NCBI GenBank assembly: GCA_965197745.1
Contig: CBDANS010000006.1
Location: 288,001 to 352,000 of the forward strand
Length of the DNA stretch: 64,000 bases
Source of the DNA: Opitutales bacterium
Lineage (GTDB): Bacteria > Verrucomicrobiota > Verrucomicrobiia > Opitutales > PNEW01
Direction: 5' to 3'
The notes under the pieces are model-generated. The model did no database searches and was not told where the DNA came from. It saw only the letters and a list, made by a program, of their open reading frames with translations. The position numbers and the translations under genes are program-made. The stretch's first letter is position 1. Every line of letters begins with the position of its first letter. Shown here piece by piece: positions 39,877 to 50,311 of the stretch.

Positions 39877-42153
39877 TCACTCAATTGTAAGCTCTTCGGT
39901 CGTCACTGTGATCTCATCACCATCCTCGTTGGAAAATGTCGCATTTATGCTCTGAGTCGGTTGGGGCGTATTGTCAGACTTGAAGTTGTTTTGGGTGATC
40001 AAAGTATCGAAACCAGTAGTCGTCGATCCGCTCTCAGCGACTACAATCGAAGTACCGTTCGTCTGCTCAAGATCCCCACCCGTAATCCGTAAACCGGGGT
40101 TGCCCGCAGGTACCGTGAAGGACCCTTCTCCGAACAGGAGGTGAGGCACCGCATCGCCATCGGCATCGATGTCGCCCACCGTTAAGCGTACCGCGATCGG
40201 CACTCCGCGTGCATCCACGCCTACTTTACCAGTGCTTCCACTGAACACGGTGTTCGACAGTTGTACCCCTCCAAGTCCCGTGGAATTAATTACTTCCACG
40301 AGGGTCACGTCAGCTTGTGCGTCATATACCTGTCCTTCGGGGAACAGCGCCTGGTTAAAGGCGTTGATCCTGCCCACCGTGAAGATGCTGAAGAAGGTAT
40401 TGGCGTCAGCTCCGTCAATGACCACGCTCGGTTTGCCCGTCACGTACTCTACTGCCTGATTGTAGCGTGGGGGAATGGCCGGGGGCAGGAAGGTGGCCGG
40501 ATCGAGGGTTACGGTAAAGGTCCCATTACCTGAGAATTCTACCTGCACGATATCCTCGTTTTCATCCATGAAGGAAACGCGGGTGATCTGTCCCGGTTTA
40601 GCCTGGAGTTGGACGGACTCTCCAGTGAGTAATATCTGATCGAAGACGTTACCGTTGGCATGCTGAATGTTTTCACCTGCGATATCGCCCGAGCCGTCGA
40701 GAACCAGGGGTACAGACGGTGCTGCGACGGTGATGACCGCGGTATCGCTGTCAGCACTGCCGCCGGCATTAGTTATCTGTGCCCAGTAGTTCGTGCTCGT
40801 GGTGAGCGCACCGGTAGTTAGCGTGCTGCCGGTAGCGCCGGCAACGGGAGCGGCGGTATCACCGCTGTTGCCGGTAAACCACTGATAAGTAAGATCATCA
40901 CCACTGACCACTACAGACAATACTACCGCTGTGCCGGACTGCACTTCCTGGCTCGCGGGCTGGGTGGTAATGGAAGGACCGGTTACCGGTGGCGGTCCCT
41001 CGGAACCACTTCCGGGGGCACCAACCGGGGTAAATCCAAAATCATCAATAACATTGTGTAGAACATCCCCTTGCGTAGAGACTAAATCCAGGTTGAGATA
41101 ATGAATTTTCCCAATCCCTTCTGGTGCTCCCAACTCCGCGGCATTAAAAGATATATAATCAAAGGGTGATTCAAAAAATAAGTGACTTATATTTAATGGT
41201 ATATCTTTGGTTGAAGTGAGCAGGTTATCATTGGTGTCGAATACTTGAATTTCCCCGTCTCCTTCAAGGAATACAGCGGCGTAAAACTCAACTTTAGCGA
41301 CAGGTGTCTCAAAAGTAATAATACCTAAGCCAGTTCCTCCGAAAGATTCGTCCTCAACTCTCCAGGCACCGGGGACCAGTGGAAAATCTCCACCCCCCTG
41401 TGTTACACCATCGGGAATAGTATGATTAAAAAAACCTCCACCTGAGACAGCCGCAATGCCACCGGTAAACGTTGCGGTGTAAGGTGACTCACCGATGGTG
41501 AAAATTAATCTCGAATTGGCACTGGAAGCTCCCGGCGTTCGAAAATAAGGACTAAGACCTATATTCGCAAAATCTTCATAAACGGTATTGTTGGGTGGAC
41601 CTACAACATAGGTAAAACCAAGATCGTCAATGGCCGCTCGGCCATTTACATTGATGATTTTAATTTCGAGGACACCGTTCGTAAAGGTAAGGTCGGTATC
41701 ATCCAGTATATCCCCACTGAAGGCGACGAAACTCTGAAGCGGGGGGTTGGCGCCGGGACTGATGTTTGCCGGCAACCCTTCTATCGTCCCCCCTTCCCTT
41801 AAAAAAAATCGATTTCTATCTCTAAGCTCCATACGGCCACCACCGGTTGATTCAGCAACATAAAACTGGAGTAAATTAGCGCCTCTTTCCAAAATAACTT
41901 TTCCTTCCTGACCCGCTTCAAGGACCAACGCTTTTGTTCCCGAGTGCGCGAGGGCCGGGTCATCCACAGTCTCCAGGGTAAACCCAATAACCCGGACAGT
42001 GAAGGGCGCAACGCCCAGGGTGAAATCGGTCCCCGTGGCTGTTTCATTTTCGAAATCGAAAAAAGTTTCGAGCGATTGCGGTTGAGCAGATAGCCAACCT
42101 GTATAAACAATCAAAATCAGCAACGTGTAGAGAGTATTTGTGAATCTCATCAT
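39877..42153 (-). CDS. Large secreted protein: two N-terminal beta-rich repeats, an Ig-like domain and the shared C-terminal module
   Basis: Signal peptide from MMRFTNT (GAAGGA RBS upstream); Ig motif PSITTQPASQ..LTYQWF; C-terminus paralogous to the 28958 protein. Confidence 0.85.
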   Translation of the reverse strand: MMRFTNTLYTLLILIVYTGWLSAQPQSLETFFDFENETATGTDFTLGVAPFTVRVIGFTLETVDDPALAHSGTKALVLEAGQEGKVILERGANLLQFYVAESTGGGRMELRDRNRFFLREGGTIEGLPANISPGANPPLQSFVAFSGDILDDTDLTFTNGVLEIKIINVNGRAAIDDLGFTYVVGPPNNTVYEDFANIGLSPYFRTPGASSANSRLIFTIGESPYTATFTGGIAAVSGGGFFNHTIPDGVTQGGGDFPLVPGAWRVEDESFGGTGLGIITFETPVAKVEFYAAVFLEGDGEIQVFDTNDNLLTSTKDIPLNISHLFFESPFDYISFNAAELGAPEGIGKIHYLNLDLVSTQGDVLHNVIDDFGFTPVGAPGSGSEGPPPVTGPSITTQPASQEVQSGTAVVLSVVVSGDDLTYQWFTGNSGDTAAPVAGATGSTLTTGALTTSTNYWAQITNAGGSADSDTAVITVAAPSVPLVLDGSGDIAGENIQHANGNVFDQILLTGESVQLQAKPGQITRVSFMDENEDIVQVEFSGNGTFTVTLDPATFLPPAIPPRYNQAVEYVTGKPSVVIDGADANTFFSIFTVGRINAFNQALFPEGQVYDAQADVTLVEVINSTGLGGVQLSNTVFSGSTGKVGVDARGVPIAVRLTVGDIDADGDAVPHLLFGEGSFTVPAGNPGLRITGGDLEQTNGTSIVVAESGSTTTGFDTLITQNNFKSDNTPQPTQSINATFSNEDGDEITVTTEELTIE

Positions 42154-42482
42154 AATATTTCCTTCATTAAAAAAATGCTCGTGATCAATGAACGAGCGAT
42201 AAAATAACCACTTATATAGAGTCAATGTCAATGACGTAAAACTCGATAGGTTTACAATATAATTGAATGGGTTAATCTCTTTAAGTCAAATCGACTTTAT
42301 ATATTTAAAATGCTGATTATTAGCTTCTTATTAATTTTAATTGATTTTATTCAGCTGCTTATTTGTAAGCGGTAAACGATAAGCCACTGACCATGGAAAT
42401 GAGTTAAACAAACGTAAGAAATCTCTATTCCCCAACCCAGAAATAGCATAATATAAATATCATTCCCGGAATATTCATCATC

Positions 42483-43205
42483 ATGAATCTCTTCTTATTC
42501 AGTGATAAATTCTCCCACTTAAACATTCAACCTGATGACCCGCGCGCGGAACATATTCGCACGGTGCTTAAAATGGGGGTTGGGCAGCTATTTGATGTCG
42601 GTGTGGTCAACGGACCGCGCGGTAAAGCACGCATTATTGCGGACGGGCCGGAGGGCATGAACTTGGATATCGAATGGGGTGATGTACCACCACGGCCCTA
42701 TCCTATTACTTTAATCGTAGGACTACCACGACCTCAAACAGCGCGGAAGATCCTGCAAGAATCTACAAGTTTAGGTATTGGCGCGATCTGGTTATTCCAG
42801 GCAGAAAAAGGTGAGTCATCTTACCGCCGCAGTCGCCTCTGGAGCACGGGTGAATGGCGACGTCACCTGCACCTGGGTGCTGAACAGGCATTTACTACGC
42901 ATATACCCGATGTCCGCAATTTTGATTCACTCGTAGAATGTATTTTAAAGTTGAGCGTGCCTGGTGACCGCATTGCCCTTGATAATTACGAGGCGGATGT
43001 ACCTTTAGGTTCTTATCAAATCAAACATCCAATGAGCGCTGTGGCCATCGGTTCTGAGCGTGGGTGGTCAGCATCCGAACGGGACCATCTGCGCAATGCT
43101 GAATTCAGCTTGTATAATCTTGGCCAACGTGTGCTGCGGACAGAAACCGCATGTATCGCCGCGCTATCAATCATTCTTTCAAAATTGAGCTCAGGCTCAA
43201 CATAA
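42483..43205 (+). CDS. rsmE: 16S rRNA m3U1498 methyltransferase
   Basis: HIRTVLK, AEQ, IGSERGW and LGQRVLRTETA motifs. Confidence 0.9.
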   Translation: MNLFLFSDKFSHLNIQPDDPRAEHIRTVLKMGVGQLFDVGVVNGPRGKARIIADGPEGMNLDIEWGDVPPRPYPITLIVGLPRPQTARKILQESTSLGIGAIWLFQAEKGESSYRRSRLWSTGEWRRHLHLGAEQAFTTHIPDVRNFDSLVECILKLSVPGDRIALDNYEADVPLGSYQIKHPMSAVAIGSERGWSASERDHLRNAEFSLYNLGQRVLRTETACIAALSIILSKLSSGST

Positions 43206-43232
43206 GGTGGTAGCGCCAGAATTGATTTATAA

Positions 43233-43796
43233 TTATTGTCGCTGAAAAAAAGACACCGTGGGCTCGTGGCGTCCTCGACCTAACTTATTTACCTCTATCC
43301 AACCTTGCCCTCTAAGTTCTATTTCTCCCGGCGCTTCAAATACCAGGCGTGAAGACGCCTTTTTACTAAGACAAGACTGTGCGAGAGAAAAAATCATCTC
43401 CATGCGCCCACTAATAATCTCATAGGGGGGATCCGCGAAAATAAAATCAAATCGTTGTTTTTTAGCGGGTTGCCATTTAAAAACGTCCATCTCAATAACA
43501 TTACAAGGGGACTGTTTCATTCCGAGTGATTTACACACGGAAGTTATATTTTCCTCTAGATATTTCTTAGTCCGATGTTCTCTTTCAATAAACAGCCCCC
43601 CCGATGCTCCTCTGCTTAGCGCTTCTAAACCATAGGCACCACTTCCGGCAAAAAGATCGAGAAACTCACTCTCAAAGATAACGGGACCGAGACTGGAAAA
43701 AACCGCGTGGCGGATGCGATCCATAGCCGGTCTAATGGCATCCGACTTATTAACCCTGAGCCGAATACCTCGAGCTTCACCACCAGTAATTTTCAA
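43233..43796 (-). CDS. rsmD: 16S rRNA m2G966 methyltransferase
   Basis: MKITGGEARG, LDLFAGSGAYGLEALSRGA and FADPPY motifs. Confidence 0.9.
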   Translation of the reverse strand: MKITGGEARGIRLRVNKSDAIRPAMDRIRHAVFSSLGPVIFESEFLDLFAGSGAYGLEALSRGASGGLFIEREHRTKKYLEENITSVCKSLGMKQSPCNVIEMDVFKWQPAKKQRFDFIFADPPYEIISGRMEMIFSLAQSCLSKKASSRLVFEAPGEIELRGQGWIEVNKLGRGRHEPTVSFFQRQ

Positions 43797-43817
43797 TGCT
43801 TTTTTCTTTCTTTTGAA

Positions 43818-44303
43818 TTACTTTTCAATAATAATAAAAGTATAACGATAATTTTCATTACTGCTTTCATTTTGAGAAATTATTTTAGGGAAATAGGTTT
43901 CCCAGGCTGGGAAAAAGGCGTCCCCTTGAACCTCGTCATGAACAAGGGTGAGGTAAAGGGTGTCTGCTAAAGATATCGCCTGTTCATACACCTGCTGCCC
44001 GCCACTGATCCATATTTCACCATCAAATGCTTGCGCCTTATCTATCCCCTCTTCCAAAGATGGCGCAACAATTACTCCCTCGCTTTTCCAATCCGGATTA
44101 CGGGTCAACACGACGGTCCTGCATTCGGGGAAGGGATGATTGAATTCTTCAAAGGTTTTTCGACCGAAGATGACCGTTCCACCCTTAGTTTGTTTTAAAA
44201 AATAATCCCAGTCTTCCGGGATTTTCCAGGGCAACTTTCCCGCTCGTCCAATCACCCTGTTTACCGCGCAGGCGACGATGATGTTGAGCGGTTTCATCGA
44301 CAT
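43818..44303 (-). CDS. folA: Dihydrofolate reductase
   Basis: VIGRAGKLPWKIPED, GRKTF, GGQQVY and GDAFFP motifs. Confidence 0.95.
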   Translation of the reverse strand: MSMKPLNIIVACAVNRVIGRAGKLPWKIPEDWDYFLKQTKGGTVIFGRKTFEEFNHPFPECRTVVLTRNPDWKSEGVIVAPSLEEGIDKAQAFDGEIWISGGQQVYEQAISLADTLYLTLVHDEVQGDAFFPAWETYFPKIISQNESSNENYRYTFIIIEK

Positions 44304-44355
44304 AATTATTTACCACTATTCTGCCCATGAGCAGAATATAACCTAAACTAAAAGG

Positions 44356-44390
44356 GCTCGCATAAATGCTGTAATATAAATTATGCGAGC
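44356..44390 (-). terminator. Inverted repeat just after the ferritin-like gene (possible terminator)
   Basis: gctcgcataa / ttatgcgagc 10-bp arms with a 15-nt loop; ctttt follows on the minus strand. Confidence 0.4.
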
Positions 44391-45581
44391 TTAATTTGCC
44401 CGCCCCGTTCCTATATACTCAGCGCGTACATCCATAAGACGATTGAGATCTTCCATTAACTGGTCCCGGCTGCGTTTATCCCCGGTAATTTTCTGCACAT
44501 GTTCCAACCATTTATGACCATTACCAACATGCCGAGTCTCGTCACATATATCATAAGCTATATAATCAGAACTCTCTTCATCGTCCATGGATTTAAGCAA
44601 CTCGCGACTTCTGCGCTTAACGGGAAAAGCGTTGACTTCATCGAGAAAGACAATCATGCCCAGCCGTTCGACAAGCGACAGGCGGTCGCGGAATTCAAAA
44701 ACCCCGGTGCCGATGGGTAGATTCGCCGGATCCATACCTAATTCATTAAGGCGTTGTTTACCCATCATCGCATGCCGATATTCGTCCCAACCATGCCGCG
44801 CCATATCATAAAGGAACTCCCATTCGGCATGTTCCGGGGCATCAAATACAATACTGGCCACATTATCGCCCGCTCCGATCTCATTGAAATAATTACGGAG
44901 GACATTTTTACGCCAAGGTTCGCCGACTTCTTCTACGGGGGGTTTATCACGGCCGCGCTGGGTAATAACGCCATCCAAATGCTGTTCATGCGGGCGCTCA
45001 AAGGGCTCGCGTTGTGGAATTTTAGCGGCGGTAGCTTCGGATTGCGATTCACGGCCATCAATTCCACCCTGTGAAATAAGCATCGATGACACGGCAGCCT
45101 GCCACTCCTCGCATGCTTCTTTATGGTGTGTCGTGCGCAAATCGAATTCTGTCAACCCTTCAGCCCATCGGCATTGTTCTTCGAGGGTGGCAATATTGGC
45201 AGTTAACAATTCAACGGTGGCATCATCCAACGCGATATTGGTCGACTTATAGTGATGATGATAAGCTTCAAGGAGTGACGATTTTACCACTTTATACATA
45301 CCCGTTATATATTCGGAGGTGCTCACCGCGCGAGCTGCATAGTCGGCAACCTTGTCCAGACCTGAATTATTATCGTCGGCCAGAGGACCTGAGCGCAGCT
45401 CTTTCAGCCTGCGTCGAAGGCGATCAGCGCGTTGTGCATCCTGCCAAATATGCCTGCCCAGAGTTACCTTAATATCCCATGAAGAGGTAACCATCGCCCA
45501 TCCCGCGGAAAACCGCATCGCCGATCGCTCCAGCACTTCATATCTTTGCATTAACCGTGTATTTTCACCTATCAGTATCAT
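44391..45581 (-). CDS. Ferritin-like (DUF455-related) protein with tandem four-helix domains
   Basis: E..DEYRH..E..DETRH di-iron pattern in the C-terminal half; degenerate QDAQR pattern in the N-terminal half. Confidence 0.7.
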   Translation of the reverse strand: MILIGENTRLMQRYEVLERSAMRFSAGWAMVTSSWDIKVTLGRHIWQDAQRADRLRRRLKELRSGPLADDNNSGLDKVADYAARAVSTSEYITGMYKVVKSSLLEAYHHHYKSTNIALDDATVELLTANIATLEEQCRWAEGLTEFDLRTTHHKEACEEWQAAVSSMLISQGGIDGRESQSEATAAKIPQREPFERPHEQHLDGVITQRGRDKPPVEEVGEPWRKNVLRNYFNEIGAGDNVASIVFDAPEHAEWEFLYDMARHGWDEYRHAMMGKQRLNELGMDPANLPIGTGVFEFRDRLSLVERLGMIVFLDEVNAFPVKRRSRELLKSMDDEESSDYIAYDICDETRHVGNGHKWLEHVQKITGDKRSRDQLMEDLNRLMDVRAEYIGTGRAN

Positions 45582-45842
45582 TTTATACCCGTTTTATTTT
45601 TTGTCTTCGCTATAAAAACCTTCCGTCTAAAAAATGCTATGCCCAATATAAGAAAATTCCAATGTAAAACAACAGCCTTTTATACTATGCGCCCTTGCTT
45701 TAAGGGACATTTGAGCTCTAAAAATTTAATTGTTTATGCCAAAATACATATGATCCAGAGGATAAAACACTACAGCCGTATAAACTTTTTAGTGGCCTTG
45801 TAATGAACCGTTTCTTAATTTGAAGATTGGAAGCGAACAAAA

Positions 45843-47267
45843 ATGACCGAAATACCCAATATTCTCGCTGAACGCTACGCTTCAGATGAATTAAAAAGAA
45901 TCTGGTCATGCTCGGGTAAAATAATTCTCGAAAGGGAATTTTGGATCGCGGTGATGAAGGCGCAGCGCGATCTAGGGCTACCTATTCCAGAAGAAGCGAT
46001 AAATGCTTATGAGCTGGTGAAAGAGCAAGTGGACACCAATTTAATTCGCATACGCGAAGAAAAAACCCTTCACGATGTCAAAGCTCGAATTGAGATTTTC
46101 AACGAACTTGCCGGGCAGGAACATATCCATAAAGGATTAACCAGCCGCGATCTTACCGAGAATATCGAACAACTTCAAGTATTACGGTCTTTAGAAATTA
46201 TACGCGAAAAAGCGGTGGCCGCGCTTATCACATTGGGACAACGCGCTGAAGAATTTCGTGATCTCGTAATCACCGGGCGAACACATAATGTAGCGGCGCA
46301 ACCAACAACATTTGGCAAACGATTGTCCATGTATGGCGAAGAACTACTTTTCACCCTGGAAAGATTAGATAACCTTTTAAATATTTATCCCCTGCGCGGA
46401 CTTAAAGGGGCGGTGGGTACTCAAGTCGATCTCCTCATTCTTTTTGATGGTGACGCGGCGAAAGTCCAAACACTCGAAGAAAAAATAATGAAATACTTAG
46501 GTGCCTGCCGAATACTATCGGTAACAGGCCAGGTTTACCCGCGAAGCCTGGACTATGATGTAGTGAGCACTCTTTACCAGCTTTCATGCGCACCATCCAG
46601 CATGGCGAAGTCATTGCGATTAATGGCTGGCCACGAGCTGGTAAGCGAAGGGTTTGGAGCCGGGCAGGTTGGCTCTTCGGCCATGCCCCACAAGATGAAC
46701 AGCCGCAGTTGCGAGCGTATCAATGGATTTAATAATATTCTAAAGGGACATCTTACGATGGTCGCAGGACTGGCGGGCGATCAGTGGAATGAAGGCGATG
46801 TCTCGTGTTCGGTGGTACGTCGAGTGGTTATGCCCGACAGTTTTTTTACGACCGAAGGTCTGCTTGAAACCTTTATCTGTGTCACTAAACAAATGGAGGT
46901 TTACCCAGCCAATGTGGATAAGGAAAACCGCTATTTTCTCCCCTTCCTTGCGACAACGACGATCTTGATGGAAGCCGTGAAAAACGGTGCGGGCCGTGAA
47001 TCCGCGCACGCAGCCATTAAGGAAAAAGCGCTAAAGGCAGCAAAAGAGATTAGATCCGGTAAAATAACTGAAAATAATTTGCTTCAACAGCTCGCGGATG
47101 ATTCCCGCCTGGGTCTCGATCGAGAAAAAATCAACAGCATCATCGAGAACAGCCAGAAGTTAGTCGGATCAGCGGCAAAACAAGTGGACGCTTTTCTAAA
47201 AGAAACAGAAGCCTGGAGACTACGCTTTCCCAAAGCAGCCGAATATCGACCGGCAAATATCCTGTAG
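45843..47267 (+). CDS. purB: Adenylosuccinate lyase
   Basis: HDVKA, HKGLTSRD, GRTHNVAAQPTT and GSSAMPHKMN motifs. Confidence 0.96.
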   Translation: MTEIPNILAERYASDELKRIWSCSGKIILEREFWIAVMKAQRDLGLPIPEEAINAYELVKEQVDTNLIRIREEKTLHDVKARIEIFNELAGQEHIHKGLTSRDLTENIEQLQVLRSLEIIREKAVAALITLGQRAEEFRDLVITGRTHNVAAQPTTFGKRLSMYGEELLFTLERLDNLLNIYPLRGLKGAVGTQVDLLILFDGDAAKVQTLEEKIMKYLGACRILSVTGQVYPRSLDYDVVSTLYQLSCAPSSMAKSLRLMAGHELVSEGFGAGQVGSSAMPHKMNSRSCERINGFNNILKGHLTMVAGLAGDQWNEGDVSCSVVRRVVMPDSFFTTEGLLETFICVTKQMEVYPANVDKENRYFLPFLATTTILMEAVKNGAGRESAHAAIKEKALKAAKEIRSGKITENNLLQQLADDSRLGLDREKINSIIENSQKLVGSAAKQVDAFLKETEAWRLRFPKAAEYRPANIL

Positions 47268-47443
47268 CTGGCGTCGCCTGTCTATTTTGCTCCGCCTTCG
47301 CGAGACTGGGGCAAAGCAAGTTGTCGGTTTAGCCAGTCAGACTCCTCCAGTGATTCCTAACATTCGGCTGTCGTTTATAATTTTAGATTGCTTTGTTCAT
47401 AGCGGTTATCCAATGTGTCCTTCCCTAAAATTTTTTTATACTT

Positions 47444-48706
47444 ATGGCAGATGATTTAGAAGGTAATTGTTTAATCGCTCAGTCGGGAGGACCGACATCC
47501 GTTATCAACGCCAGCCTCGCGGGTTCTATTACGGAAGCGCTCAATCATGAATGCATTGAGGAAATTTATGGTGGACTGAATGGGATTCAGGGTATTCTTC
47601 GGGAAGAAATCGTCGACCTGGCTGAGGAATCTCAACAAAATATACGCGGTTTGCGCTACACCCCGTCTTCAGCCCTGGGCACTAGCCGCTATAAATTAAA
47701 GCGATCGCAGGATTACGAGCGCGTATTTGAAGTTTTCAAAGCACATAATATACGCTTTTTTTTCTATATTGGCGGCAACGATTCCCAAGACACTGCCTCT
47801 AAACTGTCCAAACTGACAAAAGAAAAGGGCCATGATATGCGTATCATTGGTATCCCCAAAACAGTCGACAACGATCTCACCGGCACCGATCACTGCCCGG
47901 GGTATGGGAGTGTTATAAAATATGTAGCCACAACGGTTAAAGAAATTGCTTTTGACAGTGCGTCCATGGGACAGGGTGATTTAGTAATGGTCCTTGAAGT
48001 AATGGGGCGTAACGCTGGTTGGATCGCTGCAGGTTCTTCACTCGCTAAAAGGCGTGACCATCCTCATGATCCCCCCCATCTTATCTACCTCCCGGAAGTC
48101 GCATTTTCACCGCAGAAATATATTGATGATGTTAAGCGTATTCTTAAAAGCGGTAATTATTGCTTCGTTGTTGTAGGGGAAGGATTAATTGACAGTGACG
48201 GCAACTATGTGACAGTCACTGGCGGACAGACAGATGCTTTTGGTCATAATCAGCTTGGCGGTGTCGGAGAATATCTCGGAAATCTTGCCGAGCAACACCT
48301 GGGCGTTAAAGCGCGCACGACAAAACTCGGTTACGCGCAGCGTGCAGCGGTACACTGCTCCTCCCAGGTAGACAATGATGAGGCATTTATGGCCGGACAG
48401 GCCGCTGTTCGCGCCGCAGTTGAAGGTAACACTGACAAATTTGTTACCCTTCAACGCAGCGATTCTGATCACTACAGTTGTGAAACGGGCCTCTGCGACC
48501 TAGAAGAAGTAGCTAACAATGTTAAAACTATCCCGCAAAACTGGATAAATGAAGACGGGGTCAGTCTTAATTTTCAGTACTTCAAGTACGCATTACCGCT
48601 CGTTCAAGGGGAATTGGAGATACCTTTCGAGAATGGAGTGCCCAAGTTTGTCCATTTAGGAAAATTCCGGGTAGAGAGAAAATTGCCTCCTTACACTGTA
48701 GAATAA
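47444..48706 (+). CDS. pfkA: Phosphofructokinase, probably PPi-dependent
   Basis: QSGGPTSVIN and EVMGRNAGW; GGNDS and PKTVDND carry the Asp/Lys signature of PPi-PFKs. Confidence 0.92.
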   Translation: MADDLEGNCLIAQSGGPTSVINASLAGSITEALNHECIEEIYGGLNGIQGILREEIVDLAEESQQNIRGLRYTPSSALGTSRYKLKRSQDYERVFEVFKAHNIRFFFYIGGNDSQDTASKLSKLTKEKGHDMRIIGIPKTVDNDLTGTDHCPGYGSVIKYVATTVKEIAFDSASMGQGDLVMVLEVMGRNAGWIAAGSSLAKRRDHPHDPPHLIYLPEVAFSPQKYIDDVKRILKSGNYCFVVVGEGLIDSDGNYVTVTGGQTDAFGHNQLGGVGEYLGNLAEQHLGVKARTTKLGYAQRAAVHCSSQVDNDEAFMAGQAAVRAAVEGNTDKFVTLQRSDSDHYSCETGLCDLEEVANNVKTIPQNWINEDGVSLNFQYFKYALPLVQGELEIPFENGVPKFVHLGKFRVERKLPPYTVE

Positions 48707-48763
48707 TTATCCTGCCCATTGTGTAATTTCGCGTCTTTGTCTTTATGACAGGATCGCTTCGAA

Positions 48764-48841
48764 TGGCACCCCGTAGGGGATTTGAACCCCTGTTGCAGGG
48801 ATGAGAACCCTGTGTCCTCGACCAGGCTAGACGAACGGGGC
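48764..48841 (-). tRNA. tRNA-Glu(CTC)
   Basis: Anticodon arm CAGGG-TTCTCAT-CCCTG; GTTCAAA T-loop; encoded CCA. Confidence 0.96.
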
Positions 48842-48946
48842 GTAAACCGGAGTGAATGAATTGATTGAGGCTTTAACTGTGCAGAACTAACGTTAAGGGA
48901 AAGATGATGGATAACTCCAGCACCTTTCCTCTCTAAAACAGAAAAG

Positions 48947-49024
48947 TGGCCTCCCGTAGGGGATTTGAACCCCTGTTGCAGGGATGAAAACCCTGTGTCC
49001 TGGGCCAGGCTAGACGAACGGGAG
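48947..49024 (-). tRNA. tRNA-Glu(TTC)
   Basis: Acceptor CTCCCGT/ACGGGAG; anticodon arm CAGGG-TTTTCAT-CCCTG; encoded CCA. Confidence 0.96.
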
Positions 49025-49165
49025 GCTAAAGAGAAAGGCCCAAAGATTTAGATTCTGTCAGATACGGTGCAAGCAAATTCCGAAAAATTTCTTTGTCAGT
49101 CTATATTGCAAATGATTAAACAACGCTTGGAATAAAAACCAAACATCTTCATATTTAAACGCGAA

Positions 49166-50074
49166 ATGGACATAGAAAATTTCAAAAGTGCTCTCCCGAA
49201 TGAAGCCATAGTCGAAGTGGAATCATTGCCCTGGCCTAAATCCGGATCTGGCAAGGTACGTGAGATATATGATTTGGATGATCGATTACTCATTATTGCA
49301 ACTGATCGTATTTCGGCCTTCGATGTAATATTACCTGAAGGTATTCCGGCCAAAGGGATCATCCTGACCCAGCTCAGTCTTTACTGGTTTGCGATATCTC
49401 AAGATATCATCGCGAATCATCTCGTCCCCAATCATGAAGCATCGCTAAGGGATCTACTCTCTGATTACCAGCATTTAATATCTCGCAGTATGCTCGTTAA
49501 AAAATTAAAGCCGTTGCCCGTAGAAGCGGTTGTGCGAGGATACCTGTCAGGTAGTGGATGGAAATCTTATAAAGAAAACGGTAACTTATTCGGGGAGGCA
49601 TTACCTGACGGCATTCTCGAAAGTGATCCTCTCCCCCATCCCTATTTTACACCGACGACTAAAGCGACGAGCGGTCATGACGAACCGATGACATACAATC
49701 AATGCAAAGCTATGCTCGGCGAAGCAATTATAAATACAGTTAAAGACACAAGCATGGATCTGTATGAGCTCGGTGTTAAGCGCGCAAGAAAATCGGGTAT
49801 TATCCTCGCCGATACAAAGTTTGAATTTGGCATGGATGAAAACGGCAAGCTCTATCTTATCGATGAAATTCTCACCCCGGATTCTTCGCGCTACTGGCCA
49901 CAATCCGAATATAGCTCCGGTCGCAGCCAGCCGAGTTTTGATAAGCAATATGTTCGCGATTACCTGGAAACACTCGATTGGGACAAAAAGCCCCCCGCTC
50001 CCCATCTTCCGGCAAATGTCGTTGAAGGCACACAAAAAAGATACCTGGGGGCTCTTGAAAGGCTAATAGGCTAA
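49166..50074 (+). CDS. purC: SAICAR synthetase
   Basis: [35 protein letters not shown] and FDKQYVRD motifs. Confidence 0.96.
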   Translation: MDIENFKSALPNEAIVEVESLPWPKSGSGKVREIYDLDDRLLIIATDRISAFDVILPEGIPAKGIILTQLSLYWFAISQDIIANHLVPNHEASLRDLLSDYQHLISRSMLVKKLKPLPVEAVVRGYLSGSGWKSYKENGNLFGEALPDGILESDPLPHPYFTPTTKATSGHDEPMTYNQCKAMLGEAIINTVKDTSMDLYELGVKRARKSGIILADTKFEFGMDENGKLYLIDEILTPDSSRYWPQSEYSSGRSQPSFDKQYVRDYLETLDWDKKPPAPHLPANVVEGTQKRYLGALERLIG

Positions 50075-50156
50075 GAATTTACCATTTGCCGCTGTCTGCA
50101 CACTTGACAGCGGTATTGAGAGTGTATTTGTTTTCAACCTTTTCTATCCAGCTTTC

Positions 50157-50291
50157 ATGCAATCCACTTATCGACCATCAAAAATCAGACGGAAGCGAAA
50201 ATTCGGTTTTCGCGCACGTAAAAGTACTCGTGGCGGACGTAAGATATTAGCAGCAAGGCGTGCCAAAGGCCGGAAACGCCTTGCCAACTGA
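50157..50291 (+). CDS. rpmH: 50S ribosomal protein L34 (missing from the ORF track)
   Basis: Translated by hand: [44 protein letters not shown]; lies directly upstream of rnpA. Confidence 0.96.
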   Translation: MQSTYRPSKIRRKRKFGFRARKSTRGGRKILAARRAKGRKRLAN

Positions 50292-50311
50292 TCCTTAGTA
50301 CACTTTTTGCG

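Noticed and set aside
29049..40459. Similar plus-strand ORFs at 29049 and 40169
   Set aside because: Antisense shadows of the shared C-terminal module
34495..42300. Integrative island at tRNA-Gly
   Set aside because: No integrase and no duplicated tRNA 3' end found by eye
48764..49024. Tandem duplication as an att site
   Set aside because: Both copies are complete tRNA-Glu isoacceptors with different anticodons
50075..50156. oriC or DnaA boxes upstream of rpmH
   Set aside because: No dnaA is adjacent and no TTATCCACA boxes were seen
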